64,000 nt of DNA, taken from the NCBI GenBank assembly GCA_964035545.1, contig OZ037769.1, positions 15,034,633 through 15,098,632 on the forward strand. Reading direction: 5' to 3'. The position numbers were made by a program, and so were the translations under genes. This document shows positions 1 through 14,640 of this stretch, piece by piece. Within the stretch, counting starts at the first letter, position 1, and the number at the start of each line of letters is the position of its first letter. This stretch comes from Bugula neritina. Taxonomy: Eukaryota; Animalia; Bryozoa. Below the pieces are notes generated by a model. The model saw only the letters and a list, made by a program, of their open reading frames with translations. It did no database searches and was not told the origin of the DNA.

Positions 1-17
1 GTGTATGTTTATTTGTT

Positions 18-49
<32 letters not shown>

Positions 50-292
50 GTTTCTATAATTAAAAATGAATCAAAAGAACTCAATATTTCGAAAAATAGA
101 GTATTTATATTTGGTACTAATACAATTTTGGATATGAAAATAAACTTAGATCTTCATTCTATTGACTACAATATTGTAGTCAATAGAATGAAGATCTAAG
201 TTTATTTTCATATCCAAAATTGTATTAGTACCAAATATAAATACTCTATTTTTCGAAATATTGAGTTCTTTTGATTCATTTTTAATTATAGA

Positions 293-295
<3 letters not shown>
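50..295. repeat. Perfect ~246-bp palindrome between (TA)n tracts
   Basis: Arms are exact reverse complements about the centre caat|attg (172/173). The same arm sequence recurs at 20533-20741. Confidence 0.95.
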
Positions 296-384
<89 letters not shown>

Positions 385-2260
385 ATATATATATATTTAC
401 ATTTTCTGAAAACAATAACCCTTACACTATCTTTCAGTACATTGAGCAATTAATCATTAATCATTAATCATAATATTAGACAGAATAGTTCATTCACCTC
501 ACTAATCTCTACACCTTGGTAATTATTAGCTCCAGTCTCAAGACTTTCTTCTGAAGGTTTTAAATTATTTGGTGTAGAAGGATTTTGCCCCTTTTTATGC
601 AAGCAATTCAGAAAATTAGGTGATATAACAATGCCTTTTAACAGAAACTGATACTATATAGTTATAAGCAACTTTATAGCATATTTCGCTATATAATAAA
701 AGTAGTACTAACATTTATTGTAATACTTGATAGGATTTCAATTAGATCCATAAACATGTTTTTGATGTTGGTCACAAATACACACATTATATTAGAGTAA
801 CTTAACTACCTAACACTTTTACATCCTGTGGTTCCACAAAAGGAATTCCAGCAATAATATTTATTAAAAGACGTCCACCAGTGTGGTGGTTGCTATATTA
901 CATGCAGTTTACATTGAAGGCTATAGCTTTAACCAAATTGTGGTTAAATGACAGAAGTGAAGAAACAATAAAAACTGAGGCTCTATTTGTTTTGCTCCAT
1001 ACCATATTTTGCGCACACATTGACAATTCAACCAACAATGCAACATAACTGGAAAATATTCACAGAGAACATAGGTATTTACAGACGAAACAGCAAGAAA
1101 AGAAGTAAAGTTACCTCTATATGTTTCAATCCTTAACTGGTTTACTTAGTGTAAGACCATGAGTCTATGTATACATTTAGGCTTATCATGCCAAGCAGCA
1201 AGTACATATAGCGCAACTCCAACGCACTGAGGCAACCTGATTTGATGTTAGCAACAGAGCTAAGTAGCTTTCCATTACCTATGTGTTCCACGAAACTAAT
1301 AATCAGTAATATAAAGTCACTGGCTGTACAAATCAGCTTCAAAATGCTAGCTATATACTCTCCAACACAAAATACATAGTGTGCAATGCAAACATATAAA
1401 TTTGACAAAACAGCATAAATTGAAATAGTTCTACTTTTATGCTGATAACAACATGAAAGTTTTACAAAAAAAATTACATACCTGCACTTTTCAGTATATC
1501 TCTTATCCTATACCACTAAAGTAGTCATAGAAAATTTTGAGACAATCAGTGCTGATGGTCCTTGTATTAAATTAAAATATAGAAATTGTTACCAACCCTT
1601 GCAGACGAGGAACAATTACAATGACTAACTGATTGGGAGTAACTTTAACCAGTTCAATTTGATTGGTCAGATAACAATCATAATAATTTAAACTAGTAGT
1701 AGATAAAGTTAGGATTTATGAATGATTACAGCTACTTCTAGCAGTAATTTGTATTCTAGAACAATTTTTTTATCCAGAAGATTTTAAGAGCTACATTATG
1801 AGTGACGGGTAAAAATAATACGAAATACTATTTTTGATTGACAGGTATCAAAAATGCAGGGCTGATTTCTTATTTAAATCCTCTCCTTTTAAACTTTGTT
1901 CTAAAGAATATCTCTTAACACTGTAGCTATTGGATAAGAAATTAGTCTGGTAACTTTACTCAAAGTTTTCTCACTTTATTTTGGTAATGTAAATTTATAA
2001 CTTTTACTTTATCTTCACTTTAAATATTTGAGTGTATTCTTTAACCTGCTCCTTAATACCAAGGCGCGTTGTGCAAAAAACTTTACAGTCAAAACATTGG
2101 CTCTATATCTTAGTGAAGAGAGTGCTTATGCATTTAGCTTTGATGGACAAGACAGCAACATATGACTGATTTTCATAGTGTTGGTTTTCGGATTGGCAAC
2201 AAATTCCTTTAAAACTTATACCCAAAAGTGCAATTTTTGGGTTCAACTAGCCCCATCCTG

Positions 2261-2355
<95 letters not shown>

Positions 2356-2779
2356 TTATATATATTTATATATATTTATATATATGCATGTATGTAGATT
2401 TATATGCATATATATGTGTATATATATTTATATATATGCATGTATGTAGATTTATATGCATATATATGTGTATATATATTTATATGTATATATAAATATA
2501 CATACACATACGTATTCTGCTCTACGGAGCTATTCTGTCTTTGAATTGGCGGTTTCTTTATAGATGACTTGTATGCATGGTTACCATACAGTCTGGTAAT
2601 AGTAATTAAAATTAAAATCAAAAATTAAAAAAGGATGAAGTAGATAATGATCCTAATACTTATTAAAGGATAATTTATGGGCTAATAAAATTATCTTTCA
2701 AAGACTGCAATGCAATAAATTATTGACTAAGCAGGCAATCAAATATATTTCTGTTAAGTCAGGTTTTTTATAATACTTG

Positions 2780-4929
2780 CTGCATATCAAGTCAAACAGC
2801 AAACAGAAGTTATACCCCAAGCTTCAAGTGAGCGCCCCAATTGTGTCCGATAATAGCATAAATAGGTTCAATGGAGAAACCAGTTTTCTTATCTCACTTT
2901 TGGTAACATTGAGAACAATGATAGTGAGGTATCACAATCCATGAGATTTGATTTATGCAAATCCAATGTTCATAATGTAGCTTTAAATGATTCGAAAACC
3001 TTTTATGAAAAGAGTGAGATCGTTTATATATGTTGCTTTCGGCAAATTTTTCCAGCAGTTACATAAACAGTTAAATGAACCTTACTCAGAGTTTAATAAA
3101 ATTCACACTTAAGTTATTGTGAAACAGTTGAGGAAGATGATAAATATGCAGATTATAGAGTTTTCTCCTCTTTAGACTTGAATGCTTATTATGATGTAGT
3201 GAGACAAACCTATGATGAAGCTGTAATTACCGCTTTTTATAGAAGTAAGTTAGAGCCAGTAGAGTATGACATTAAGTTTACATGCATCTCTGCTAAGCAA
3301 ATGCCACACGATTCAAGTAACTGTGAAATTTTAAAGGAACAAATTTATTTATGTAAGGAATTATCTGCTTAGAAATAATTTAATATAGCAAGGAAAGTTC
3401 ATGTAGATCTAAGAAATTTAATGTTTAATATGTAAACCTCATCTCAAGCTCGAGTTAGCAATTTAAATTTACCTGCTAGCCACGGAAATAGTTCAACTGT
3501 TTTGTCTGGCATCAATAATGCTTATGCAGCGCAGGATTGGCTAGGGCGAGGCATTGTTTGTGATGTAGCAAGTGTTTCATTTGGTAAGGCTTTGCAGCGT
3601 AAACAAATACCAACTGATGACAACTTGAATAAATATCCTGTAGATAATAATGAGTTAGTAAGTTATTCCTATCTAGCAAATAATAGTTTAAACAAATTCC
3701 AGTATCTACGTCATGCAACTCCATCTAGAGATTTTACCAGCAAAATATTATCTATAGTTTAGGCATATGAGAGGTATGAACCTCCACTCATTAAATTTTT
3801 GCTGCGTGAAGCACAAAGCAGCTTAACAATGGGCCTGTAAATCGAGAATATGCTTACAACTCTAAATACAAAATGTTCTTCATACCAACATTTAGTGGCA
3901 TACGTCAAAAATGGTCCAGGTTTTGCGCATCCTGGAGGCGACATGCAGCCTTTAAGTTTCATTTAGATGAGCTTAAAGCAACAGCTCTTAGTAGCAGTCT
4001 TAGAGGTGCAGCATTTGACTGCATAAAATCCATATATTTACACCACTCTTATGAGCCACAGTGGGATAAGCTGGAAAGAAAGTATAGTGACTTGAGTTCT
4101 TGTGTGCAAAATTTATATGGGGAGTTGAGCAGATCATCACCAGTGTTGGGTGAGGACTACAGAACGATAGTTCACAGTGTAGGAGATGAGTTAACTGCTG
4201 TCAACATTAAAGGCAGCGAATGGGTTTCCCATAAAGCTAGTGAACTTCAAGTACAAGGCAATGTTGAAGCTTGTAAGAACTTAGAAGTTTTACAAGAAAT
4301 ACTGCCTGAGCACTATCTATAACAAAGTCACAGTGTGAGTGGGCTTGGTGACAGTAGTGAAGTTAATCACTCAGTGTGTGGCGCAAGCTCCAGCCAACTA
4401 TCTGGATCTCAGTATAGTATTTTGCAGATGAAACAATACAAAGCAAAGATGATACTGAGCATCTGACAACGTTGTTGCTGCAAACTTCAGATTGTTCAGC
4501 AGATGAGCACGATGACGACAACCAAACCCTCATTTGTTCTACAGTCGAAATAGACGAGTCCAACAAACTTTTGAAGTATAAAAAATATACTGCCAAAGCT
4601 GTTAATTATTTTTAGAAAAGCAAAAAATTCCAAGAGGACCAAGAAGAAACTTGAAAGAAGTCACTCCTCAAGATCCACACCAAAAAATGGTCTTTACAAA
4701 TCTAGTGCTTGATAAATCTCAAGCAAGTACTGTGAGGCATTTTGTCGAGGCTATAAACGAAAATAAATATATACAAGCAGACATAAATGTATTACGAGAA
4801 GTTGAGCATCAACTTAGAATTAGACCATATGGTGTCCGCTTCTTATTAGCTGTGTCATCTGTAATTTATTCGTGTAGTAATAAAAACAATTCAATGAAAG
4901 CAAAACATTTTATATATAACTTGAGGTAA
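2780..4929 (+). pseudogene. Decayed intronless coding region of unknown family
   Basis: ORF pieces 3178-3372, 3502-3762 and 4651-4929 share one frame broken by scattered stops; 3873-4322 is frameshifted. Composition is coding-like but I recognise no motif. Confidence 0.5.
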
Positions 4930-4984
4930 TATTTTTCTAAACTAGATTTAATGTAAAAGTTGATTTATTATTGATTTTAGCGTC

Positions 4985-5205
4985 AGAAATGCGTATATAT
5001 GAGCTATATTCGCTATTCCAGTGAAAAATTCCTGACGGAAAAGATTTTTGTTAGAATGAGCTAAAGACTTTTTCAGATGAAGCACAAGGGTAATTATGAT
5101 TGGATGCTTTTCCTCACATCACCAATGGTTTTTGTTGGGGTTTGAACCCATGACTTCATGCTCATAAAGCAAATACTCTAACCCTTAGACTGAAGTTGCT
5201 TCCTG
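4985..5205 (-). mobile_element. tRNA-derived SINE copy
   Basis: Reverse complement matches the 8893 and 41541 copies (ggttagagtatttgc...gggttcaaaccccaacaaaaaccattggt...catccaatcataatt). Confidence 0.75.
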
Positions 5206-6652
5206 GGCAGACTTGGTATATGAGGCAACATAATTAAACTTAAAATTAATTATGATGCTTTCAATACACATCTTTGGAAACAGATAAGATGCGACTGGCG
5301 AGAAATATAGCTGGCACTATTTAGTTCTAGGGTCGGTTTGCATGTATCATAATTACGGGTTAGCTGCATTGTTTTGCAATGTGATAATTATCCCCCCCCC
5401 CCCCCGAAGGTTTTTAAAGTATTACTTCCTTTGATGCAATAATGTTTATATAATTTAAAGTTGAACACCTTGACGGCGCAAAGACACCATGCAATATAAT
5501 ATAGATGTCTATTACTGTTGATGATAACAACCTAAATGCCGTGCACCTTTCATTTACTTACCCTTGCAAGCAATTTTCTATTTTACCTGCTGTACATTCT
5601 CTTCAAACCAAAAGCTGAGCTATAATTGCATAGTTTATGTGAATGTAATGCACCTTATGTTGTATATTTTATCATTCAATTAACAAAATATAGTGTGATC
5701 AACAATTAGTTCAGCCTGTAAACCAATGTCAGTGTCATATTTTATCATTCTAGCTGCTTAATTTCTTTTCATATTTCAACGTTCGCTAACTGCTTAGAAA
5801 AATTATTTAGATTCAGCTGTAATTGGCATGTTGGGCATCAACTTTGGAGTAACCATTTTAGGAAAACAACTTTATACTTTTTGAAAACAATTGTATGATT
5901 AAAGATGATGGTGTTGTGAAAGTTATCATGGTTGGTGAGCATATATATTTACAGAAAGCAAAAATATTTATTTAAAAGGTTCATCATTTTTGCTTTTATA
6001 GCATTTATATTAAATATAGATTATTGTTCATAAATTGGTTAGTTCACAATAGAAAATATTGATTGACCATTATTACTGAATAATTTTACTGAGTGAGCCT
6101 ATGTATATACAGTAAGCAACTAAAGCTTGTTTCTTGTTATCTTAGTTGCTTTTGACTTGTTTATACTGAATAAATATTATAAAGTATGTGTTTGGTGTCA
6201 CAATATTACAATATAATGATTGGTAGTGTAGAAAGTCGTGTTTAAAAATTAATTTTATATCTTCTGTAAAATTTTCCAGATGATATTTAAATATTTTACA
6301 CCCTAGCTAGAGCTGTGTATAAATAGTTAATTTACGCACATCTATTTTCAGTTGATTTACCAGTTAACAAATTCATTATTGTTCGGTAACCATTTAAGTG
6401 AAAGATTTGGTTTAATTAAATTATTGTTATTTATTCTAAAAATTTTTAATTGTTCAAACATAGAAAATTCATTGACATAGGCAAAAAAATTGCAACATAT
6501 TATAGTTATAGTATATGATAACAGGTAGCAAAAAACAGTGCAGCTGCTTAAACATTGCTAAGAAAAGATATTATAGTGAAAAAACCTAAGTATTGTCAAA
6601 AGGTACGCTAATCTTAGATAGTTCTTTGCATCGCCATCATAATCCAAGAGCA

Positions 6653-6746
<94 letters not shown>

Positions 6747-7684
6747 GTAAAATGTACTATATCTGCAACTCCTGATGTTTTTTCACACTTTTGACTATAA
6801 TTGGAAGAATTGCAAAAGTGGCCACGATTCCACAGCAGCCAATAAAGATGATTCCAAATTTTTCACCAGCAGTCTGAGAGATATAAGCTAAAAGAGGAAA
6901 AAGAATGTTTTCGATTTCTATAACGTAATGTACTTTTAGAAAATATATAACTTTATAAGGCTTTCTTTATAGATCAATATCTTTATTTGTCTTTATATAC
7001 TAGAATTGGAGTACAATTTTATAGCTTAATATTTAAAAAATATCTCACCACTGAGGGGGACCAGTGCTATGCCCCCTATTCCTTCAAAGAAACATTCCAT
7101 TCCAAAGAGCATAAATCACTTGCAAATCCTAAGATACTCAGTACAGCCACACCATTTGTCATTCCCCATAGTGTTGTTAGAATGTAATACATTGTCTATT
7201 GAAAGAAAAAGTTGCCAGCAATAATATTATTTGAATTTACATTCAGTATGGACCAATTTTTTCATTTCCTGCATGGTATGCTTCAATGATATCTCGTAAT
7301 TATGTCTTTGTTTAATGTGTTTTTGTGGCTGTTATTATAACATACGCCAGACATCCTATTATTGTTTTCTATGTGCATTACTATAGTATATCTTCCAGTT
7401 TATATGTAAGTTTAGAATAGAACTATAATTTATGTAAGCTCTATGCAAATATATAACTATAAAAATATCTAAAATTCACCTTGTTGCTGGTGAAAGCTGT
7501 AATCAATGTTAGTATACTGGTTAGTCCAATCACAGAGAAATAGAGAATGAATCTGTTGAACTTGAGTGAACCTGTCACAACCAGACAGACGCAAACAACA
7601 ATGTTTCCAATTCCTAAAAATAAAGCAAAGTCAAGTGTGAGTACATATCTTCAAAATTTGTCTATTGTAATAATCATGTGATTT

Positions 7685-7697
7685 ACACACACACACA

Positions 7698-7760
<63 letters not shown>

Positions 7761-7895
7761 GCACACACACGCGCACACACGCGCACACACGCGCACACAC
7801 GCGCACACACGCGCACACACGCGCACACACGCTCACACACGTGCACACACACACACGTCCACACATGCACACGCACACGCACACGCACACACACA
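7685..7895. repeat. Compound (CACG)n/(CGCACACA)n microsatellite
   Basis: Direct inspection. Confidence 0.95.
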
Positions 7896-8892
7896 TATTT
7901 ACAAGTATATTAACTCACCTAACAATGTAATTCCAAATGCTGCCTCATATTCAGTCAACCCGACATTGTAAACAACGTAGTCATTGATTAGAACAAAGAA
8001 TCCCGCATCAGTTGTACACCAAAACATTCCAAAATTATTAAAAACATCCAGACCTGTATCAATAAGCGGGCCAGTGTGTGACAGCTAACCCGTAGCACAT
8101 TGAACAATTGATTTTGTATACTTTTTTGTTTCTATTAACTATAACTGTTCATGCCTAAGAAAAATTTCAAAACAATTGTTGATCACAAAAATGCAGACTT
8201 TTTTACTACTTTTAGCATTATATGACATTGAGTAGCCTACATGCAAGATTGATCCATGTAATGATTTGGAAGTTTAAACATTTGTGCTAAATAAAAGCAG
8301 TGCAGAGTCTAAAAAAATTTCAACTGAAAATCATACTCATGTTCAAATAATAATCAGGTTTTAATGAAATAGCACAGTTGTACATATGTTATTAGGAAAA
8401 GGTTCAAATTGCAAAAACTACTTCCTAGATAGACTGGTTACTAGTAACTATATAGCAGTTATTGTGTCTCTGTAACAATATAACAACTGCCATGGACAAG
8501 TTTACCTTTGGTAACTTTAGAAGTTCCATGAACTCTTGTCTTAGTTTTGTTTTTTGTATTTCATAAGTTTCCTCAACTGGTCTGGCCAATTTAACTTCTA
8601 CCTTCGTTTCTTCCTTAAAGAAATAGACATTTTTTTATCATATATCCTTATTTTAGTAAGATCAAAACTATTAAACAGAATAAATTGAGCAAGCAGTTAT
8701 AATACATTTCTTCTGTCTCTATAAACTTTTAACTATATATAAAAGAAAAAGATAACAAAACTGCTGCAAAATTTTAATATTCCAAATTGTACAAAATTTT
8801 GATATATACCTAATTGAACTTATTATAGTCACTTTAAACTGCCTGAATAAAAAAAATATTTCTGTTATATAACAAGGAATATATATATATAA

Positions 8893-9100
8893 GAGCAGCC
8901 CGTGGTCTATATAGGTTAGAGTGTTTGCGTAGTAAACACAAAGTCGTGGGTTCGAGCCCCAACAAAGGCCATTGGTGATGTTAGAAAGAGCGTCCAGTCA
9001 TAATTGCTCCTGTGCCTTATTTAAAAAATTCTTAGCCACCTTAACAAAAACCCTTTTTATCAGGGGTTTCTCATAAGGATAGTTGGAATATAATGCGGTT
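8893..9100 (+). mobile_element. tRNA-Thr(AGU)-derived SINE
   Basis: A-box-like tggtcta..tagg, anticodon-arm-like gtttgc(g/c)tagtaaac, B box ggttcgagccc. The non-tRNA body that follows is shared with three other copies in the window. Confidence 0.8.
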
Positions 9101-11687
9101 TATAGTCTTTAGCAGATAAGCTACAAGCTAACCTGAGGCGATTGGCTAACTGCCTTACAAGCATTCGGATTCCCTACCGGGTTTCCTACCAGCTTGTACG
9201 GCTTGGATACTGGCTATTGCTAGAGTGAAAGTAAAAGTAAAGACTGCACGAGGGGACTCTTACGCAGACTGTCGAGTAAGTAGGACCTTACGTTACTTTT
9301 TTATATGACTATAGGAATATAATAATTTCCTTAAGCTTTAAGATGCAGTACACAAATTCATTATATACTCTGGGTAAACATTACTTGAATTTAGTCGTTG
9401 TAAAAATATTGGGTTAACCAAGTTAGTTATATTGAGAATGTAGAAGTAGCAAGAGTAATATCAGCCTATTATATAGAATATTTTATTCACTTCATTAATC
9501 TCTACAGCTCTGTTGTCAGCTCCGGTCTCAGAACTTTTTTGTGAAAGCTCTAACTCTTTTGGTTTATCTGAATATTCTTTTTCTTTATAACAAAACGCAA
9601 AAGAAGCAGCTAAGTTATAGTAAAAAAAATTATGTATCATGAAGTGATTAAACACAGTTTTTTCAAACAATTTTTTAACGTTAAAAAACCAACAATGGTA
9701 AAAAATATAATGCATTAAAAATGTACTTGAAAAAAAATACAATTATGTCAAAAGTAGCTGCTTAAATTGTACACATTTCATACATTAAAACACTTAAGGA
9801 ATTTATAAAGTTACCTGAGTCATTGTCAGAAGATAGTTCTACATACAAAATGCCAGTAAGAGTGTTGATCAAAGTAAAAGTGGACATAATTCCCATAGCA
9901 TAGGAATATCCAAATCTATTCAACAAATACTGTGATATCAGTGGCCATAGCACTATTCCAAGGTAAGCTCCTAGCATTGCTGAGGAGAAAGCAACATATT
10001 TGAATCGCTCAAAGTGAAATGTCAGTATGACTGAACTTGCATTGTAACAGAAGGACACCCCAAGTCCTACAAAAGGCAAATCGTCAAATACAAAACACAA
10101 TACGAGTGCTTACAAAATGGAACAAAAATTATTACATGCAGATTTTTTCTATAAATTTCCATATCCGGAAGTCTAAAATTTCTCATTATCCAAGATTCGA
10201 AGGTTGAGTTGAAAATGGAAAAACAGTTGAGTAGAATTTTTAAGCATGCATTGTCAACATGAGACTTTAAGTCACCACACACGCATACAAAATGAAGTAT
10301 TTTCAAAAAGATTTCAAATCTTAAGAAATACTGTCTTTTGTATAACAAAACAATTAAAATATGCTAATGCGATCTGCACAAAAAATGATAACTGGTAGCA
10401 AAAGTATTATCATGCAAGATTAATAAATAGTGTTTCTATACCTGCAAGAACACTGTACAGAATGACAGCATGCCATAACTGTCTAGACAGTATTGATAAA
10501 GCAACTCCAAGTAGAATACAGGTTCCTCCAGTTATCTGGGTAACTCTACAGCCAAACTTCTTTATCATGACAGAAGCCAAAGGACCTGAAATGTTACCAA
10601 TTTTGTTGAAAGATATATTGTCAATTATTTGAAATCAACATCTACTAAAATGATGATTAGTTAAAAAGTTAATTTACAGAATGGTGATGCAATATAATCC
10701 AGGGCTGCTTACTAAACATCAGAAGTATTCCAACATGTGTGGCTCCAGCCAGACTTCCTTTCTGAAGGTCAATGTTAAAGAACTGCTGATGAGCTATAGT
10801 CAAGTTACCAGCAATGCCGTAACTCATCCCAATATGAGTGAAATGTGACAGAAATGATGCAATACTTATGACCCATGCATAGCCTTTGTCTTTCTCAAGA
10901 TTGGACTTAGTGCAGAATCGAAGCATGTTGACTGTTCTAAAACTATATTTAAACTCATATGCAGTTATAAACCTGAAATAATTTGATATTTAATTTGCAA
11001 CAAGTGGCTTCATATACAATATACATATACATATACAAGCAAAATTAACTTTTAAAGATTGAAAAATAGCTTTTGTTAATGGTAATTGTATCAGTTGACT
11101 AATAATTTTCACTATGGCTAAAGACTGAGTTGCACAATAAAATGGTAGTCCGTTTGAATATAAAGACAAAACAGTTTAAACTAGATGCGAAGTAAATCAG
11201 TAGCTTTTAGTTCTAAATCACATTATATTCTCACACTTGACTGCCAAACTATCTAATAACCAATAATATAATAAATAGACTCATAGCAACAATAATTATA
11301 AACGGCCTAAAAGCTATTATGGGACATAAATCACCATTTAGTTTTAATTTCATGCTGCAAACTTTAAGCTAGTTATAGTGCCTTTTATTATATTAACTAA
11401 TATAGCCCTGATATTAGGTCATCATAGACATTGATAATATTGCTATTATATATGGAACAAATATTTTGCCACTTGCATTAGAGTTATAATATGTATTATA
11501 CTTCTCATGTTAAAAATCCACACATATTATTGCATCATGGTAAAATTAAACTATTTTAATTTGCCAACAACAAAATTTATCTTATCGGATTTTAAAAGCA
11601 TTAGTTTTGATTCCTAAAATATCATAGGCAGGGCAACTTTTTTGCAGCAGCACTTATTGCAGCCAATTTTTAGAGCTTCTAACCATG

Positions 11688-11820
11688 GAGCAGCCGTGGT
11701 TTAGGGGTCAGAGTGTTTGCTCAGTAAACACAAAGTCATAGGAGCTCCAACACAAGTAAAAGATAACTCCATCAGAGGTTTCTCACAGGGTTATAGCTAC
11801 CATAAACTTGCGTGAGTCTA
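11688..11820 (+). mobile_element. Internally deleted copy of the same SINE
   Basis: ggagcagccgtggtttaggggtcagagtgtttgctcagtaaacacaaagtc ... atcagaggtttctcacaggg. Confidence 0.7.
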
Positions 11821-12769
11821 CAGCTTAATCTAATTGTATTATAGTAACTATACTCTTTTTAATGTAAGTACAAATATTGGCATATTGAAAATTTAAAACA
11901 ACTTATAGGATTTACTATTCAATGCTACAATCAATGTATATCAGACATTTTGGATGAGCAGGTTAATGTTGATCTTAATTTACACATTATTGGTAAATAA
12001 TGTTGATGTGCAGTTATATATAATAAGCACAACTAAACATATAAGTTAATTATCACCTACCTCCGCTTTGTCCTGTTTGGGTATAGGTAATTTATTATTT
12101 CTTACTAAATTAGTACTACATGCAAGTGTAGACAACCATAGGATTACAATTATTCACTTTGAGTCCAAATTAGCTGTGGTCTATTCATCAGCACTTGTTT
12201 TTACATTTGTGCAATTTGTCTAATTTATTTTACATTTTTCACAACTATTCAATTAGCCTTATAACTACTTCACAATTGAAAAACACTTGTCATAGTTGAA
12301 TAAAACTTGTCATAGTTGCAGTCAACTCAAATGACAGTTGCCTTAGTTTAGCTGTGTCTAACTAAACTGCTGCAGAATGCTGGTTTATTTACCAAACAAA
12401 ACACTATAGGCCTAAAAATCACATTTATACTGTGATATCAAATATCAATGTTTATATAAACTGTCTACAAGTGGTTAATATGTAGCTCTTATATAAAAAC
12501 AACTGCATGAGCCAATGTCATTCATCAAATGCAGTCAAATGCTGCCCCCTACTATCTAATGTATATAATGCATATGAGCATTGTTTGGTGAAACAGCAAT
12601 GGTATCCTAGAGCATAGATATGCTATAATGAAACATAGTATAAGTATTAAGAATTTAAATAGCAACGGTACCCATGCAATAACCAAATAGCATATTGTTA
12701 TAATTTACTGAATTAAATAGAATATTTTAAGAATTCTATAGTAAAATATGGTGCACAAATGTCCCACAT

Positions 12770-13240
12770 TAAAATAGCATATAAGTTTCTAATACTAAAA
12801 TGGCATAGCACACTGTAGTGAAATAGTCTAGCATATTGTAGTGAAATAGCATATAGTATACTGTAGTAAAATAGCATATCATAATGTAGTGAAATAGCAT
12901 AATATCCTGTAGCGAAATAGCATATAGTATACTGCAGTGAAATAGCATATAGTATACTATAGCGAAATAGCATATAGTATACTGTAGTGAAATAGCATAT
13001 CATAATGTAGTGAAATAGCATAATATCCTGTAGCGAAATAGCATATAGTATACTGCAGTGAAATAGCATATATAGTATACTGCAGTGAAATAGCATAGTA
13101 TTATACTGTAGTGAAATAGCATAGTTATATACTGTATAGTAAAATAGCATATAGTATACTATAGCGAAATAGCATATTATACTGTATATAGTAAAATAGT
13201 AAAATATGCTATTTCACTACAGTATACTATGTATGCTATA
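12770..13240. repeat. ~25-bp minisatellite (tgtagtgaaatagcatatagtatac)n ending in an inverted unit
   Basis: Multiple degenerate tandem copies; a reverse-complement unit atatgctatttcactacagtatactat lies at ~13204-13230. Confidence 0.9.
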
Positions 13241-14049
13241 TAAGTTAATTAGCATGTGACTAAGTACTGGTGATGTAGCATAAGCAGATATAATAAAATA
13301 TTACATACATAATTGAATGTAGGAGTAGTTAAGTATTATCTTGCTTCCACTGATGCATGCACATTGCTTACAAATTATCTTCTGCTAGCTTGCTAGTTAT
13401 TCACTGAATGCTGGTATGCATACAGACATTCCTATATGCTGAACCCATGGAATATTGTATAGCAGATTATTGCCTTTAGTATTAGCTGCATGTGTTATAA
13501 ATTAAAAGGAGCATCATATGTTATTTCTAAAGAAGATGGATTCTTTATAGAGTTAAGATAAAAGCAAACCATTCAAATAGAGTGTAAAATGTCTGAGCTT
13601 ATAAAAGAACTTCAATATTTTGATGATTTTAGAAACTTGATAATGTACATATTTGTTAATTTTTATCTGCTTCATTTTGAATGAACTTAAATACGACTAT
13701 AGAACTGGTTTATTGAAATTGAACATCTCAACACTGCCAGTGTGTAAAGAAAACTTACTTATAACTATGAAGAATGTGACATGAATAGAAGTTATAAGCA
13801 TTGTGTATGATAGGGATGTTATAGCAATATAATAATATAACAATTATAATATATAATATATATAACAATTATATAACATCCCAACTTTAATTTTGTTGAT
13901 GTTGAACATATTTACTTTGAATAGTAAAACATTTTATGGCTGATGAAAAAAAGTATAAGGTTTATATACTATATATACACCTTCCGAAGTATATATTTTA
14001 CATAAATAATTTTAAAAAATACTCTGAACTTGCTTTGTTTTATTATTAG

Positions 14050-14640
14050 GGATTGGAAACATTGTTGTTTGTGTATGCCTGGTGGTCACAAGCTCACTTA
14101 GGTTTAACAGATTTATCCTTTATTTCTGTTCACTTGGAATGACCAGTATCCTAACCCTGATTACAGCTTTCACCAGTGACAAGGTAAATTTTGAGACCAT
14201 TTTAATACAAGTTTGCGCCGCAATAATATATGAAAAGCAGCAATATTACAACGCTAGCCTTAACTATATGTGCTATAACAAATACTGTATATTCTAAAAT
14301 GTGTGAAAATTTGTGTAATTGTGTAATTATACAAATTTTCACACATTTACACCCAAACTTGTAGAAACACACACTGAGATGCAAGCGCACACATATACAC
14401 ACTTTCATTAGAAAATAGCCTGCTGCTTTTCTGATGTTGTAATTAATTAAATGAAAACATTGTAATAATATTATTAAAATAGTTTTAGCGTACATCCCTC
14501 AGACTGCAGATAAAAAAGTTGGAATTATCTTTACTGGCTGCTGTGGAATTATGGGTATTTTGGCGATTATTCCTATAATTGTCAAAAATGCAAAGAAGCA
14601 GCAAGAATTACAGTTAAAGTGGATTTTCTTCAAAAGATGA
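14050..14640 (+). pseudogene. Inverted partial paralog of the MFS gene (two 3' exons)
   Basis: Exons 14050-14183 (GIGNIVVCVCLVVTSSLRFNRFILYF...TAFTSDK) and 14489-14640 (AYIPQTADKKVGIIFTGCCGIMG...*) are homologous to the - strand exons at ~7613 and ~6888. The intervening exon and all 5' exons were not found. Confidence 0.8.

Larger units (their letters stand above)
6757..10926 (-). pseudogene. Monocarboxylate transporter (SLC16/MCT)-like MFS gene, multi-exon, probably frameshifted
   Basis: GT-AG exons: 10926-10713 (DKGYAWVI, resembles the MCT DGGWGW motif), 10585-10442 (GPLASVMIKKFGCR), 10066-9815 (GLGVSFCY...LWPLISQYLLNRFGY), loop exons near 9.5 and 8.55 kb, 8053-7919, ~7613-7480, ~7195-7048, ~6888-6757 (ends VKKHQELQI*). 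The ~7195 exon changes frame near 7110. Confidence 0.75.

Noticed and set aside
243-268. Hammerhead in the first palindrome (actc...gaaatattgagt)
   Set aside because: The CUGANGA box and stem II are absent.
900-1640. Possible - strand exons of a membrane protein
   Set aside because: Splice-like signals are present, but no consistent frame or recognisable family could be assembled.
8893-8970. tRNA-Thr gene
   Set aside because: There is no intact acceptor stem or terminator, and it continues into a body shared by four dispersed copies, so it is a SINE head.
12770-13240. CRISPR-like array (also considered for 56430-56642)
   Set aside because: Head-to-tail tandem units without unique spacers, no cas genes, eukaryotic context.
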